Shown here piece by piece: positions 12,232 through 21,637 of a DNA stretch of 64,000 nucleotides (its first letter is position 1; every line of letters begins with the position of its first letter). The translations under genes and the position numbers were made by a program. Source of the DNA: an uncultured delta proteobacterium (lineage in GTDB: Bacteria > Desulfobacterota > Binatia > DP-6); assembly GCA_963851365.1 (NCBI GenBank), contig CAWKPA010000006.1:49353-113352 (forward strand). The letters run 5' to 3'. The notes beneath the pieces are model-generated. The model was not told the origin of the DNA. It ran no database searches and saw only the letters and a list, made by a program, of their open reading frames with translations.

Positions 12232-12440
12232 GTGCGCCTCGGCGCCGGTTCCACCTTGGACGCGCACGGGGTCCCGCACTGCTGGCACACGTACTCGTGC
12301 TTCTCGCCGTCGAGCAGCACCAGCAGCAGCCGCTTGCGCACGGGCATGGCCTGCCGGCAGCGCGGACAATGCAGCAGGCTCGCCTCGAGCGACCCGTAGG
12401 CATCGGCGGCGGGCCCGCGCGGCGGGGGGTTCGGCACCAT
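12225..12440 (-). CDS. small zinc-ribbon protein (hypothetical)
   Basis: 71 aa with HCPRC ... CQQCG, a CxxC-x22-CxxC motif. Its stop overlaps the moaB GTG start; high-GC3 codon usage. Confidence 0.4.
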   Translation of the reverse strand: MVPNPPPRGPAADAYGSLEASLLHCPRCRQAMPVRKRLLLVLLDGEKHEYVCQQCGTPCASKVEPAPRRTW

Positions 12441-12468
12441 CTCCCTCCGATCTAGCGAGCGGGGCGAT

Positions 12469-13548
12469 GTGCGGCAATCACGACACCACCTGGCCAAGAC
12501 CGGGACACACTGCTATGCCCCGCAGCGCGTGGGCCGCATCGGCAAGCTGCTGGCGAGCCTGGTCGTGGGAGGCGCCTTCCTCTACCTGGCGTTCCGGGAC
12601 GTTCGGCTCGACCAGCTACGCCAGGCGTTCGGCCATCTCGATCTCCGCTGGCTGCTCCCGGCGGTCGCGATCAGCCTGCTCATCCAGGTGTTCCGCGCCT
12701 GGCGCTGGCAACTCCTCCTCCGCCCGCTGGCCCACGTGCCGTTCGGCACGTTGTGGGTGGTGGCCAGCGTCGCCTACATGGCCATCAACGTGCTGCCGAT
12801 TCGGATGGGCGAGGTGGTGCGCCCGTGGCTGCTGTCGCGGCGCTCGCACATCCGGTTCTCGAGCGTCGTCGGGAACCTCATCGTCGAGAAGACCGTCGAC
12901 TCCGCGGTGATCGTCTTCTACATCCTCCTCGGCCTGCTGACGACGCGGAACCTGCCGGGCTGGGTGCGCAGCGGCGCCATGGTGCCCGCGCTGGCCTTCG
13001 CCGCGCTCGCGGTGCTCGTCGTGCTACTGTGGTGGCGCGGCGAGCGCTTCGTCGAACGCTGGGTGACGCGTATTCTGCCGGCCCGGATCGGCACCCGCGT
13101 GGTCGAGATCGCGGGCTCCCTCGTCGACGGCATGCGCGTGCTCGGCGACCCGCGCCTGGTGCAGGCGGTTTTCGTGGTGTCGCTCGGGCTCTGGTTTCTG
13201 CCCATCCTCTCCAGCTGGGTGATGATCCAGGCCTTCGACATCGAGGCCCCCTTCAACGCCGCGCTCGCCGTCTTCATCCTGATCGGCTTCGGCACCGCGC
13301 TCCCGCAGCTGCCGGGCATGGTCGGCACCTACCAGCTCGCGTGTGTCTGGGCGCTCGGGCTCTTCGGCGTGCCGCAGGCCGAGGCGCTCGCGTATGGCAT
13401 CGTGCTCAACGCCGTGCAGCTCGCCACTCTGGTGGCCCAGGGCCTGGTGGCCCTGCCCCTCGCGGGGGTGTCGGTCGGCGACCTGCTCCGGGCCCAGCCG
13501 GCCGAGACGGGGACGCCGGCCGAGCGCGCGGGCGCGGGTTGCAGCTGA
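12469..13548 (+). CDS. UPF0104/flippase-like (lysylphosphatidylglycerol-synthase TM-region-like) membrane protein
   Basis: 359 aa with about 8 predicted TM helices in a pattern typical of the LPG-synthase TM / DUF2156 family. Confidence 0.65.
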   Translation: MRQSRHHLAKTGTHCYAPQRVGRIGKLLASLVVGGAFLYLAFRDVRLDQLRQAFGHLDLRWLLPAVAISLLIQVFRAWRWQLLLRPLAHVPFGTLWVVASVAYMAINVLPIRMGEVVRPWLLSRRSHIRFSSVVGNLIVEKTVDSAVIVFYILLGLLTTRNLPGWVRSGAMVPALAFAALAVLVVLLWWRGERFVERWVTRILPARIGTRVVEIAGSLVDGMRVLGDPRLVQAVFVVSLGLWFLPILSSWVMIQAFDIEAPFNAALAVFILIGFGTALPQLPGMVGTYQLACVWALGLFGVPQAEALAYGIVLNAVQLATLVAQGLVALPLAGVSVGDLLRAQPAETGTPAERAGAGCS

Positions 13549-13579
13549 CCGCGGGCGCGGTCTAGACCGAGCGTTCGCC

Positions 13580-14890
13580 GTGCCCAGCGTCTACATCGAA
13601 ACCTACGGCTGCCAGATGAACGTGGCCGACACCGAGCTCATGCTCGGTCACCTGACGGCCCACGGCTGGCAGCGCGTCGACCACCCCGATGCCGCCGACG
13701 CGATCCTGCTCAACACGTGCGCCATCCGCGAGCATGCCGAGGCCCGCGTCCTCGGACGGCTGGGTGACCTGGCGCGGTACAAGGCCCGCCGGCCCTCGGT
13801 GCGGCTGGGCCTAACGGGCTGTATGGCGCAGCACCTGCGCCAGACGCTGCGGGAACGGGCCCCGCAGGTCGATCTCCTGATCGGACCGGACGGGTACCGC
13901 CACCTCCCGGCCCTCCTCGCAGGCGATGACGACGTCGACCCTCATGTCGGCCTGCGACTCGGTGGCGACGAGACCTACGCCGATCTGCCCGTCGCTCGAG
14001 CTCCGGGCGTCCGCGCCTGGGTGACCGTGATGCGTGGGTGCGACCGCTTCTGCACCTTCTGCGTGGTGCCCTACGTGCGCGGGCGGGAGCGCAGCCTCCC
14101 GGCGTCGACGCTGCTGGAGCAGGTCCGGAGCGCCGTCGACGCGGGCGCGCGCGAGATCGTCTTCCTCGGACAAACGGTCAACGCCTATCGCCACGACGGC
14201 TGGGACTTCGCACGCCTCCTGCGCGCCGCCGCCGCCGTGCCGGGCGTGGCACGCCTGCGCTTCACCTCGCCGCATCCTTCCGACATGAGCGAGTCGCTGA
14301 TCGACGTCATGGCCGAGTGCGCCGCCGTGATGCCGCAGCTGCATCTGCCGGTGCAGTCGGGATCCAACCCGGTGTTGGCGCGCATGGCGCGCGACTACTG
14401 CATCGCCGACTACGAAGCACTGGTGGCGCGGCTGCGCACCCGAGTGCCCGGAATCGCGCTCTCCACCGATGTCATCGTCGGCTTCCCCGGCGAGACCGAC
14501 GACGACTTCGCGGCCACCGAGGCGCTCCTCCAGCGCATCCGTTACGATGCCGCGTTCCTCTTCCGGTACTCGGCCCGGGAGGGCACGCGGGCGGACAAGT
14601 GGGCGGACGACGTGCCGGACGCGGAGAAGGCCCGCCGGCTCGAGCGGCTCATCGCCCTACAGGAGCAGATCTCGGCCGAGCGGTACCGTCGGTGGATCGG
14701 CGACGAGGTCGAGGTGCTCGTCGAGGGCCCCGCCCGGCGGCCCGACGGCTGGATGATCGGCAAGTCTGCGGATATGAAAACGGTCGTGCTTCCCGGGCCC
14801 GTGGCCCCGGGGACGCTGGTGCAGGTGCGCGTGGAGGCTGCCACGTCGCACACGCTCACGGGACGACAGGCGGGACGGGAGGTCGCATGA
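13580..14890 (+). CDS. miaB: tRNA-2-methylthio-N6-dimethylallyladenosine synthase MiaB
   Basis: YIETYGCQMN N-terminal cluster, radical-SAM motif MRGCDRFCTFC, and a TRAM domain. GTG start at 13580. Confidence 0.9.
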   Translation: MPSVYIETYGCQMNVADTELMLGHLTAHGWQRVDHPDAADAILLNTCAIREHAEARVLGRLGDLARYKARRPSVRLGLTGCMAQHLRQTLRERAPQVDLLIGPDGYRHLPALLAGDDDVDPHVGLRLGGDETYADLPVARAPGVRAWVTVMRGCDRFCTFCVVPYVRGRERSLPASTLLEQVRSAVDAGAREIVFLGQTVNAYRHDGWDFARLLRAAAAVPGVARLRFTSPHPSDMSESLIDVMAECAAVMPQLHLPVQSGSNPVLARMARDYCIADYEALVARLRTRVPGIALSTDVIVGFPGETDDDFAATEALLQRIRYDAAFLFRYSAREGTRADKWADDVPDAEKARRLERLIALQEQISAERYRRWIGDEVEVLVEGPARRPDGWMIGKSADMKTVVLPGPVAPGTLVQVRVEAATSHTLTGRQAGREVA

Positions 14891-15324
14891 ACGGACGCGC
14901 GGTAACGGCCATCATCGGGATCATCACGCTGATCCTGGGGGGCTATGGCATCAGCTATCCGGACCGGGTCCTGCAGTGGGTGGGGTTCGACCTCCTCACC
15001 TCGAATCGGCAGGCCGGGTTGGCGGAGGCACGCGCCGTATACGGCGGCTTCTTCATCGTCCTCGGCCTCTTCACGCTGTGGGCGGCCACCGCCCCGCGGC
15101 GCCACCGCGGCCAGCTGCGGTTGCTCGGCTGCCTGTGGCTCGGGCTCTTCGGCGGTCGCATGGTGGGGATCGCCATCGACGGCAACGCCGGTCTCCTCAA
15201 CAACATCGCGGCCGCGTTCGAGGCGATCATCGGGAGCCTGCTGCTCGCGGCGCCCTACTTGACCGACCCCGACGACGAGGAGGTCGTCGCGGAACCGGCC
15301 ACGGCGGTGCCGCCGGACGCCTGA
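14887..15324 (+). CDS. small integral membrane protein (hypothetical)
   Basis: 145 aa with 4 hydrophobic helices; the ATG overlaps the miaB stop in an ATGA. Confidence 0.55.
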   Translation: MNGRAVTAIIGIITLILGGYGISYPDRVLQWVGFDLLTSNRQAGLAEARAVYGGFFIVLGLFTLWAATAPRRHRGQLRLLGCLWLGLFGGRMVGIAIDGNAGLLNNIAAAFEAIIGSLLLAAPYLTDPDDEEVVAEPATAVPPDA

Positions 15325-15369
15325 GCACGGGTTGCCGGGCGGTCTAACGAGGGGTAGGTTTCGCCCGCC

Positions 15370-17152
15370 ATGGCTACGCAGAACATCCCCCAGACCAGCT
15401 CTCCCAGTAAGAATCCCGCGCTCAACGCCTGGGTCGAAGAGTGTGCCCACCTCTGCAAGCCCGACCGTATCCACTGGGTCGACGGCTCGCAGGCGGAGAT
15501 CGACCAGCTGGTCGCGGAGATGCTCGCCAGCGGCACGCTGCACCGCCTGAACCCCGAGCAGTATCCGAATTGCTACCTCCACCGCTCGGACCCCTCCGAC
15601 GTCGCGCGCACGGAGCACCTCACCTTCATCTGCACCGAGCGCCAAGAGGACACCGGGCCCGACGAACAACTGGATGGCGCCGGCGGACGCCAAGCGAAAG
15701 GTGGGCGCGCTGTTCGACGGCGCCATGCGCGGCCGCACCATGTACGTGGTGCCGTACGTGATGGGGCCGCTCGGTTCCGCGATCTCGAAGGTCGGCGTCG
15801 AGATCACCGACAGCGCCTATGTCGTCGCGAACATGCGCATCATGACGCGCATGGGACGCGCCGCGCTCGAGCAGCTGGGCTCGGACGGCACGTTCGTCAA
15901 GGGTCTGCACTCGCTAGGCGACCTGTCGCCGGAGCGACGGTTCATCGTCCACTTCCCGGAAGAGAAGCTGATCTGGAGCGTCGGCTCGGGCTACGGCGGC
16001 AACGCGCTGCTCGGCAAGAAGTGCTTCGCGCTGCGTATCGCCTCGGTTCAGGCCAAGGAGGAGGGCTGGCTCGCGGAGCACATGCTGATCCTCGGCCTGG
16101 AGAGCCCGCAGGGCGAAACCACCTATATCGCCGCCGCATTCCCCAGCGCATGCGGCAAGACCAACCTGGCCATGCTGGTGCCGCCGGCATCGCAGCCGGG
16201 CTGGAAGATCTGGACGGTCGGCGACGACATCGCCTGGATGCGGCCGGGGCCGGACGGGCGGCTGTGGGCGATCAACCCCGAGGCGGGATTCTTCGGCGTC
16301 GCGCCGGGCACGTCGTCCAAGACCAACCCGAACGCCATCGCGAGCCTGCGAGCCAACTCCATCTTCACCAACGTCGCGGTGACCGACGACGGCCTCCCGT
16401 GGTGGGAAGGCTTCGACGGCGAGGTACCGGCGCGGCTGACGGACTGGCGGGGCCAGCCGTGGACCCGCGGCAGCACGGAGAAGGCCGCGCACCCGAACTC
16501 GCGGTTCACCGCGCCGGCGCGTCAATGCCCGTCGATCTCGCCGCACTGGGAAGATGCCAAGGGCGTGCCGATCAGCGCCTTCCTGTTCGGCGGCCGCCGG
16601 GCGCGTGTGGCGCCGCTCGTGCTCGAGGCACGCGACTGGGCGCACGGCGTGTTCGTCGGCGCGGCGGTCGCATCCGAGACCACCGCGGCGCAGACCGGCG
16701 CCGTCGGCGTGGTGCGGCGCGATCCCATGGCGATGCTGCCCTTCTGCGGCTACAACATGGCCGACTATTGGGCGCACTGGTTGCGGCTCGGGCCGACGCT
16801 GGCGAACCCGCCGCGCATTTTCCACGTCAACTGGTTCAAGCAGGACGCCGGTGGCAACTTCCTCTGGCCAGGCTTCGGCGAGAACGTGCGCGTGCTGCGG
16901 TGGGTGGCGGAGCGGTGTGCGGGCAAAGGGAAGGCGGTCGAGTCGCCGATCGGCTGGCTGCCCGCCGAGAATGCCCTCGACACCGCCGGCCTCTCGGTCA
17001 GCCCCGACACCATGCGGGAGCTGCTCGCCGTCGACCCGGCGGACTGGCGCGTGGAGGCGGAGAGCCTGGCCGAATTCTTCGCCAAGTTCGGCGACCGCCT
17101 GCCGCCAGAACTCGAGCGGCAGCGACAGGACCTGCTCGCGCGAGTCGGCTGA
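15370..17152 (+). CDS. pckG: phosphoenolpyruvate carboxykinase (GTP), apparently frameshifted near 15660
   Basis: The N-terminus up to [13 protein letters not shown] is in frame 1. The continuation [32 protein letters not shown] ... [11 protein letters not shown] ... CGKTNLAML ... FHVNWF is in frame 2. One extra base in the GGGCCCG run at 15655-15661 accounts for the shift. Confidence 0.85.
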
Positions 17153-17165
17153 GCCGCGCCCACCG

Positions 17166-17927
17166 CTAGCGACGCGCGCTCTGGGCGTGGTGCATTTCGC
17201 GCGCCAGGCGCCCGAACACCCCTACACCGTCCGCACCGAGGGTCGGGCCCACCTGCACCGCCTGCGCGCCCTTTGTCAGCGCACGGGTGACGTCCCAGCC
17301 CGAACCGATGCCGCCGCGCGCGATCACGTCGAGCGGGGCCCGCACCGCGAGGAGCAGCTTCTCGAACTCGGTGAACTCGTTGCGCACCACGACGGCCCGG
17401 GCGCCGCCGTCGATCAGCGCTTCGACCACGGCGCGATGGGGGAGCGGGCAGCGTTCCGGCAGCCGCACCCAGACGGGGACGGCGCTCGCCGCCGCCATGG
17501 CGCCCACCAGCGTGCGCAACGTCGCGAGGTCCTCGCAGGGGGCGATGGTGGCCTCGACCCAGGACTCGCCGAGATGGGCCTCGATCGCCGCCACGCCGGC
17601 ATCGGCGAAGACGCGCGCCAGCGTGGTGAACTCGTCGAGCGTGCCCCCGGCCACGCTGGCCACGACCGGCGGGCCGCCGGCGCCGGCCAGCTCGCCCGCG
17701 ACGGGCGCGAGCTTGTCGACGCCCGGGTTCTTCAGCGAGCGGAACTCCGGATGGACGAAGGGATGCACCGTGGCCGTCCGCAGCACCACGGCGCCGGTCT
17801 GGGACCGGGCGAGCGCCTTCAGCTCGCCCATCGACGTCACCGATCCGGCGGCGTTCATGGCGGCGAACGGCAGCGACACCCCTCCGGCATTGACCGCCCA
17901 GGCGGCAGCATCCGACACGCGGGTCAT
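17166..17927 (-). CDS. dihydroorotate-dehydrogenase-like (DHOD family TIM-barrel) protein
   Basis: 253 aa with NAAG, NPG and C-terminal GGIGSGWDV ... AQAVQVGP motifs of the DHOD/DHPD-like family. The ATG overlaps the upstream stop in an ATGA. Confidence 0.6.
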   Translation of the reverse strand: MTRVSDAAAWAVNAGGVSLPFAAMNAAGSVTSMGELKALARSQTGAVVLRTATVHPFVHPEFRSLKNPGVDKLAPVAGELAGAGGPPVVASVAGGTLDEFTTLARVFADAGVAAIEAHLGESWVEATIAPCEDLATLRTLVGAMAAASAVPVWVRLPERCPLPHRAVVEALIDGGARAVVVRNEFTEFEKLLLAVRAPLDVIARGGIGSGWDVTRALTKGAQAVQVGPTLGADGVGVFGRLAREMHHAQSARR

Positions 17928-19363
17928 GGCTCCCGCACCTCGATCGTCACTTCCACGAAGTCCGCCGCCCGGGCATCCCAGCGGAACGCTCGCGTCTCGG
18001 CCGCCTCCCAGGCATCGGAGATGACGACGTAGGTCACGTCGGGATACGCGGGTTCGCCGTCGAAGAGCGCACGGGCGCGGTCCTCGGCCGAGAAATACGC
18101 CCCGCTCTTCGGATGCGAGTGGTAGAGCACCGCGAGGCGTTCGCCCGCGCGCTCGGCTGCATCGAGCAGCTCGTACGCGTCGGCCCGCGGCGTGTACGCG
18201 CTCTCCGCCGTTCGCGTGTAGACCAGGGGCTCCCGGGCATGGAGCTCGTTCTGCACGTTGACGAAACGAATCACCCGCTGGCTCGCCCCGTCCACCACCG
18301 CCCCGCAGCACTCCTCCGCACCCGTCTCGCGCGCATGCGCCACCAGGGCGTCGAGCGTCGGGCGCGCCAGCACGAGTGGCGGCAGCCGGCTGTCGCGCTC
18401 GCGGCGGACGCGCGCCCGGATCACCCGCGCCAGGGTGTCGTTGCGCGGCGTCGGAACACCCCGGCGCGCGCCCTCGCGCACCAGGTGACCGGTGATGGCC
18501 TCGATCTCGGTGGGACGCCCGCGCTCCAGGTCCTGCAGCATCGAGGACCGGTGCCCCGCCGTGGGCGGCAACAGCGTCCCGTAGAAGTGCCGGCGATAGC
18601 TGGCGGCGTCCGGCCACGGCAGGGCGACGCCCGCCGCGCCCGCGACGGCCATCGCCTCGTCGAGCACGCCGTCCATGAGGGCGCGCGTGTCGGGATCCGC
18701 CGCCAGGTGCCCGTACGGCACGCCGAGCAGCGCACCCAGCGGGTTCAGCGCCGCGTTGTAGAGCGCCTTCGCCCACAACTCGGCCGTGATCGCGTCGGTG
18801 GCCCGTGCGGGGATGCCGGCCGCGGCGAGCATCTCCGCCCACCGCGCGGCCGCCGCCACGCGCGCGGCGTCGCGCGAATCGGGGCTTCCGATCAGGACTG
18901 GGGCCGCCTCGACGGTGACACGCACGCGGCCGGGCGCGAGTATCTCCGCGCCGAAGATCACACGCCCGCCGAGCACTCGCGACGCGCCGACGATCGCCGC
19001 GGCGCGCTCCAGATTGCCGAGACCATTCTGCAACGAGAGCAGATGCCCGTCCGTCGCCAGCCGCTTCTCGATCGCGAAGGCCATGGCGGCCGTGTCCCAG
19101 GACTTGACGGTGAGGAAGACGGCCGTAAAGGTGTCGCGCAACGCCAATACGTCGGGCACGCAGTCGAGTCCGCGCACATGGTGGTCGCCGAAGCATCCCT
19201 CGATGCGCAGCCCGTCGCGCCGGATGGCGTCGAGGTGCGCCACCCGACCGACCAGCGTGACCGGCCAGCCGCGCGCCGCGAGCAGCCCGCCGATGACCGA
19301 GCCGACCGCCCCGGCGCCCGCAATCAGGATCGGTCCTGCCGGCATGGTCTGGCGTTCCGTCAT
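17924..19363 (-). CDS. 2-dehydropantoate 2-reductase (PanE/ApbA) fused to a C-terminal JAMM/MPN+ metalloprotease domain
   Basis: N-terminus has the Rossmann motif IAGAGAVGS and KPR-like sequence over about 310 aa. The C-terminal ~150 aa carry EECCG ... YHSHPKSGAYFSAED, which matches the JAMM motif E-x(n)-HxH-x7-S-xxD. Confidence 0.7.
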   Translation of the reverse strand: MTERQTMPAGPILIAGAGAVGSVIGGLLAARGWPVTLVGRVAHLDAIRRDGLRIEGCFGDHHVRGLDCVPDVLALRDTFTAVFLTVKSWDTAAMAFAIEKRLATDGHLLSLQNGLGNLERAAAIVGASRVLGGRVIFGAEILAPGRVRVTVEAAPVLIGSPDSRDAARVAAAARWAEMLAAAGIPARATDAITAELWAKALYNAALNPLGALLGVPYGHLAADPDTRALMDGVLDEAMAVAGAAGVALPWPDAASYRRHFYGTLLPPTAGHRSSMLQDLERGRPTEIEAITGHLVREGARRGVPTPRNDTLARVIRARVRRERDSRLPPLVLARPTLDALVAHARETGAEECCGAVVDGASQRVIRFVNVQNELHAREPLVYTRTAESAYTPRADAYELLDAAERAGERLAVLYHSHPKSGAYFSAEDRARALFDGEPAYPDVTYVVISDAWEAAETRAFRWDARAADFVEVTIEVREP

Positions 19364-19460
19364 CGGCGTCCGACGATAGATGCCGGGTCCCTGCCCTACA
19401 AGCGCATGGCGGCCGGGACCTCGATTGACGGCACGCGGAGCCGCCGTCTATCGTCTCGTC

Positions 19461-20582
19461 GTGATTCGCCCCGATCGGCTGAAACGGTTCTTCCTCGACC
19501 TGGTCGGAATCGACAGCATCTCGCGGTGCGAGGGCCGCCTCGCCGCCCGCCTGGTCGACGAATTGCGCGACCTCGGCGCCACGATCACGTTCGACCGCGC
19601 GCACGAAGCCGTCGGCGGCGAGGTTGGCAACATGGTGGCCCGCATTCCCGGCACCACGGCGGCGCCACCATTTCTGCTCTGCGCGCACATGGACACGGTG
19701 GAGCCGGGCCTCGGCGTTCGAGCGGTCGACGAGGGCGACGTGGTGCGGAGCGACGGCACCACCGTGCTCGGCGGTGACGACAAATCGGGCATCGCCATCG
19801 CCTGCGAAGCGGTCCGCGCGGCTCGCGAACGCGGGGTGCCGCATCCGCCCGTGGATCTGGTGTTCACCATCTGCGAGGAGCTCGGACTGCTCGGGGCGCG
19901 ACACCTCGACATCACGCTCGTCGGCGCCCGCCGCGGGCTGGTCTTCGACAGCGACTCGCCGGGCGTCGTCTTCACCCGCGCCCCGGGCTCGCACGCGCTC
20001 GAGGCCGTGGTACACGGTCGCGCCGCGCATGCCGGGATGGCGCCCGAGCAGGGCGTGAACGCCATCCAGGTGGCGTCGGAGGCGATCGCCGCCATGCGTC
20101 TCGGCCGCATCGACCCCGAGACGACGGCCAACGTCGGTCTGATTCGGGGCGGCCGCGCCATCAACATCGTGCCCGACGAGGTGCGGCTGCGCGGCGAGGC
20201 CCGCAGCCACGACTTGGCACGCCTCGACGCGCAGTGCAGGCACATGCGCGGCTGCCTGGAGGCGGCGGTGGCACGTCACCCCGGCGCGCGGCTCGACCTC
20301 CGGATCGACCCGCTGTACCAGCCGATGGCGATCCCGGACGACGCGCCGGTCCTGCAGGTGCTCCGAGCCGGGGCCGCGGCCGCGGGCCACACCGTCCGCG
20401 CCGCTGCCATGGGCGGGGGGTGCGATGCCAACGTCCTCAACCGTCTCGGCTTCGAGGTGGTGAATCTCGGGACCGGCATGCGCGATATCCACACCACCAG
20501 CGAGTGGGTGCGGGTGAGCGACATGGTGGCCGCCGCCGAGGTCACGCTGGCGACGCTGGAGGTGGCGGCGACGGCGCGCTAG
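19461..20582 (+). CDS. M20-family metallopeptidase (peptidase T/tripeptidase-like)
   Basis: Metal-binding motifs HMDTV and GGDDKSGIA. GTG start at 19461; the gene is divergent from the panE fusion. Confidence 0.8.
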   Translation: MIRPDRLKRFFLDLVGIDSISRCEGRLAARLVDELRDLGATITFDRAHEAVGGEVGNMVARIPGTTAAPPFLLCAHMDTVEPGLGVRAVDEGDVVRSDGTTVLGGDDKSGIAIACEAVRAARERGVPHPPVDLVFTICEELGLLGARHLDITLVGARRGLVFDSDSPGVVFTRAPGSHALEAVVHGRAAHAGMAPEQGVNAIQVASEAIAAMRLGRIDPETTANVGLIRGGRAINIVPDEVRLRGEARSHDLARLDAQCRHMRGCLEAAVARHPGARLDLRIDPLYQPMAIPDDAPVLQVLRAGAAAAGHTVRAAAMGGGCDANVLNRLGFEVVNLGTGMRDIHTTSEWVRVSDMVAAAEVTLATLEVAATAR

Positions 20583-21544
20583 CTCGCTGTCGCCTCCCCG
20601 GCGTCGGCAGCCGGCCCCGCCCGCAGTCGAGGCAGTTCCGCTCCAGACGCCAAGAACACCAGCGCTCCGACCACGCCCCCGAGGGCCGTCAGCAGCCACC
20701 AGAGCAGGCCCATGACGACCGCCACCGACGCATCGACGCCGAGGACGCCGAGAAGCCACAGATAGCCTCCCTCGCGCACGCCGAACCCGCCGATGCTGAT
20801 CGGCAGCGCCATCATCAGGCTCAGGATCGGGTGCATGACCAGGCAATAGGAGAAGGGAATCGCCGCGCCGGCGGCCCGACCCAGCAGATACTGCACGCCC
20901 ACCTGCGAGAGATGGAAGAGGAGCGAGAGCGCCGCCACCCGCAAGAGCATCCCGCGGTCGCGCCAGAACGGCGCAAGGTCCTGTTCCACGTGCCTGCGGA
21001 GACGATTGCCCGGCGGCAGAACGCGGACGAGGCGCGGACACATCCACCAGGCCACGACCAGCGCGAGTCCGCCGGCGATCATCGCCATGCTGAGGAGCCG
21101 CGGCAGCCGATAGCCTGGGAACGCCAATAGCGCCGCCGCACCGAGCGCCATCAAGATCGCGAGTCCGCTGATGCGGTCGAAGACGACCGAGTTGAGCGCC
21201 AGCCCAGGGCGCCGCCCGCCGGCCAGATAGAGCCCGCGGGCGACGTCGCCACCGATGGTACTGAGCCCGAAAACGTTGAGGAACATGCCGATGAAGTAGT
21301 AGCGCGCGTAGGCTCCGAGCGGGCGTGTCAGCCCGACCGACGACCCGAGCAGCCACCACTTGACGCCGCTCAGGACCTGCCCGGCGAGGAACAGCGCGAT
21401 GGGCGGCACCAGCGCGGGCAACCGCACCCCGGCCCCCGCCGCCCAGAGATCGCCCCGATCCACGGCGCCGAGGATCCAGGCCACCACGGCGACGCTGATC
21501 GCGGCCCGCAGCGCCCACTGTGCGATCGCGCGCGGCGGAGGCAT
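20579..21544 (-). CDS. UPF0104/flippase-like membrane protein (second paralog)
   Basis: 321 aa, multi-TM, with the same family pattern as the 12469..13548 protein. The true start is the internal MPPPRAIAQW at 21544. Confidence 0.65.
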   Translation of the reverse strand: MPPPRAIAQWALRAAISVAVVAWILGAVDRGDLWAAGAGVRLPALVPPIALFLAGQVLSGVKWWLLGSSVGLTRPLGAYARYYFIGMFLNVFGLSTIGGDVARGLYLAGGRRPGLALNSVVFDRISGLAILMALGAAALLAFPGYRLPRLLSMAMIAGGLALVVAWWMCPRLVRVLPPGNRLRRHVEQDLAPFWRDRGMLLRVAALSLLFHLSQVGVQYLLGRAAGAAIPFSYCLVMHPILSLMMALPISIGGFGVREGGYLWLLGVLGVDASVAVVMGLLWWLLTALGGVVGALVFLASGAELPRLRAGPAADAGEATAS

Positions 21545-21637
21545 CGGCGGATTTTGCCCGGTGCCGTGCCGCTTTCCAATCGCGCCCGAACGGGGCTTTC
21601 TTGACTTTGTCGGGCGCGGCCGAGTAAGCGCTCGCCG

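Noticed and set aside
17166-21518. 1450-aa minus-strand ORF spanning four real genes
   Set aside because: The composition is dominated by Arg/Ala/Gly/Pro, typical of out-of-frame translation of high-GC DNA. It overlaps clearly recognisable genes in other frames (the panE fusion, the M20 peptidase and the flippase-like gene). Only its last 253 codons, the DHOD-like protein, look real.
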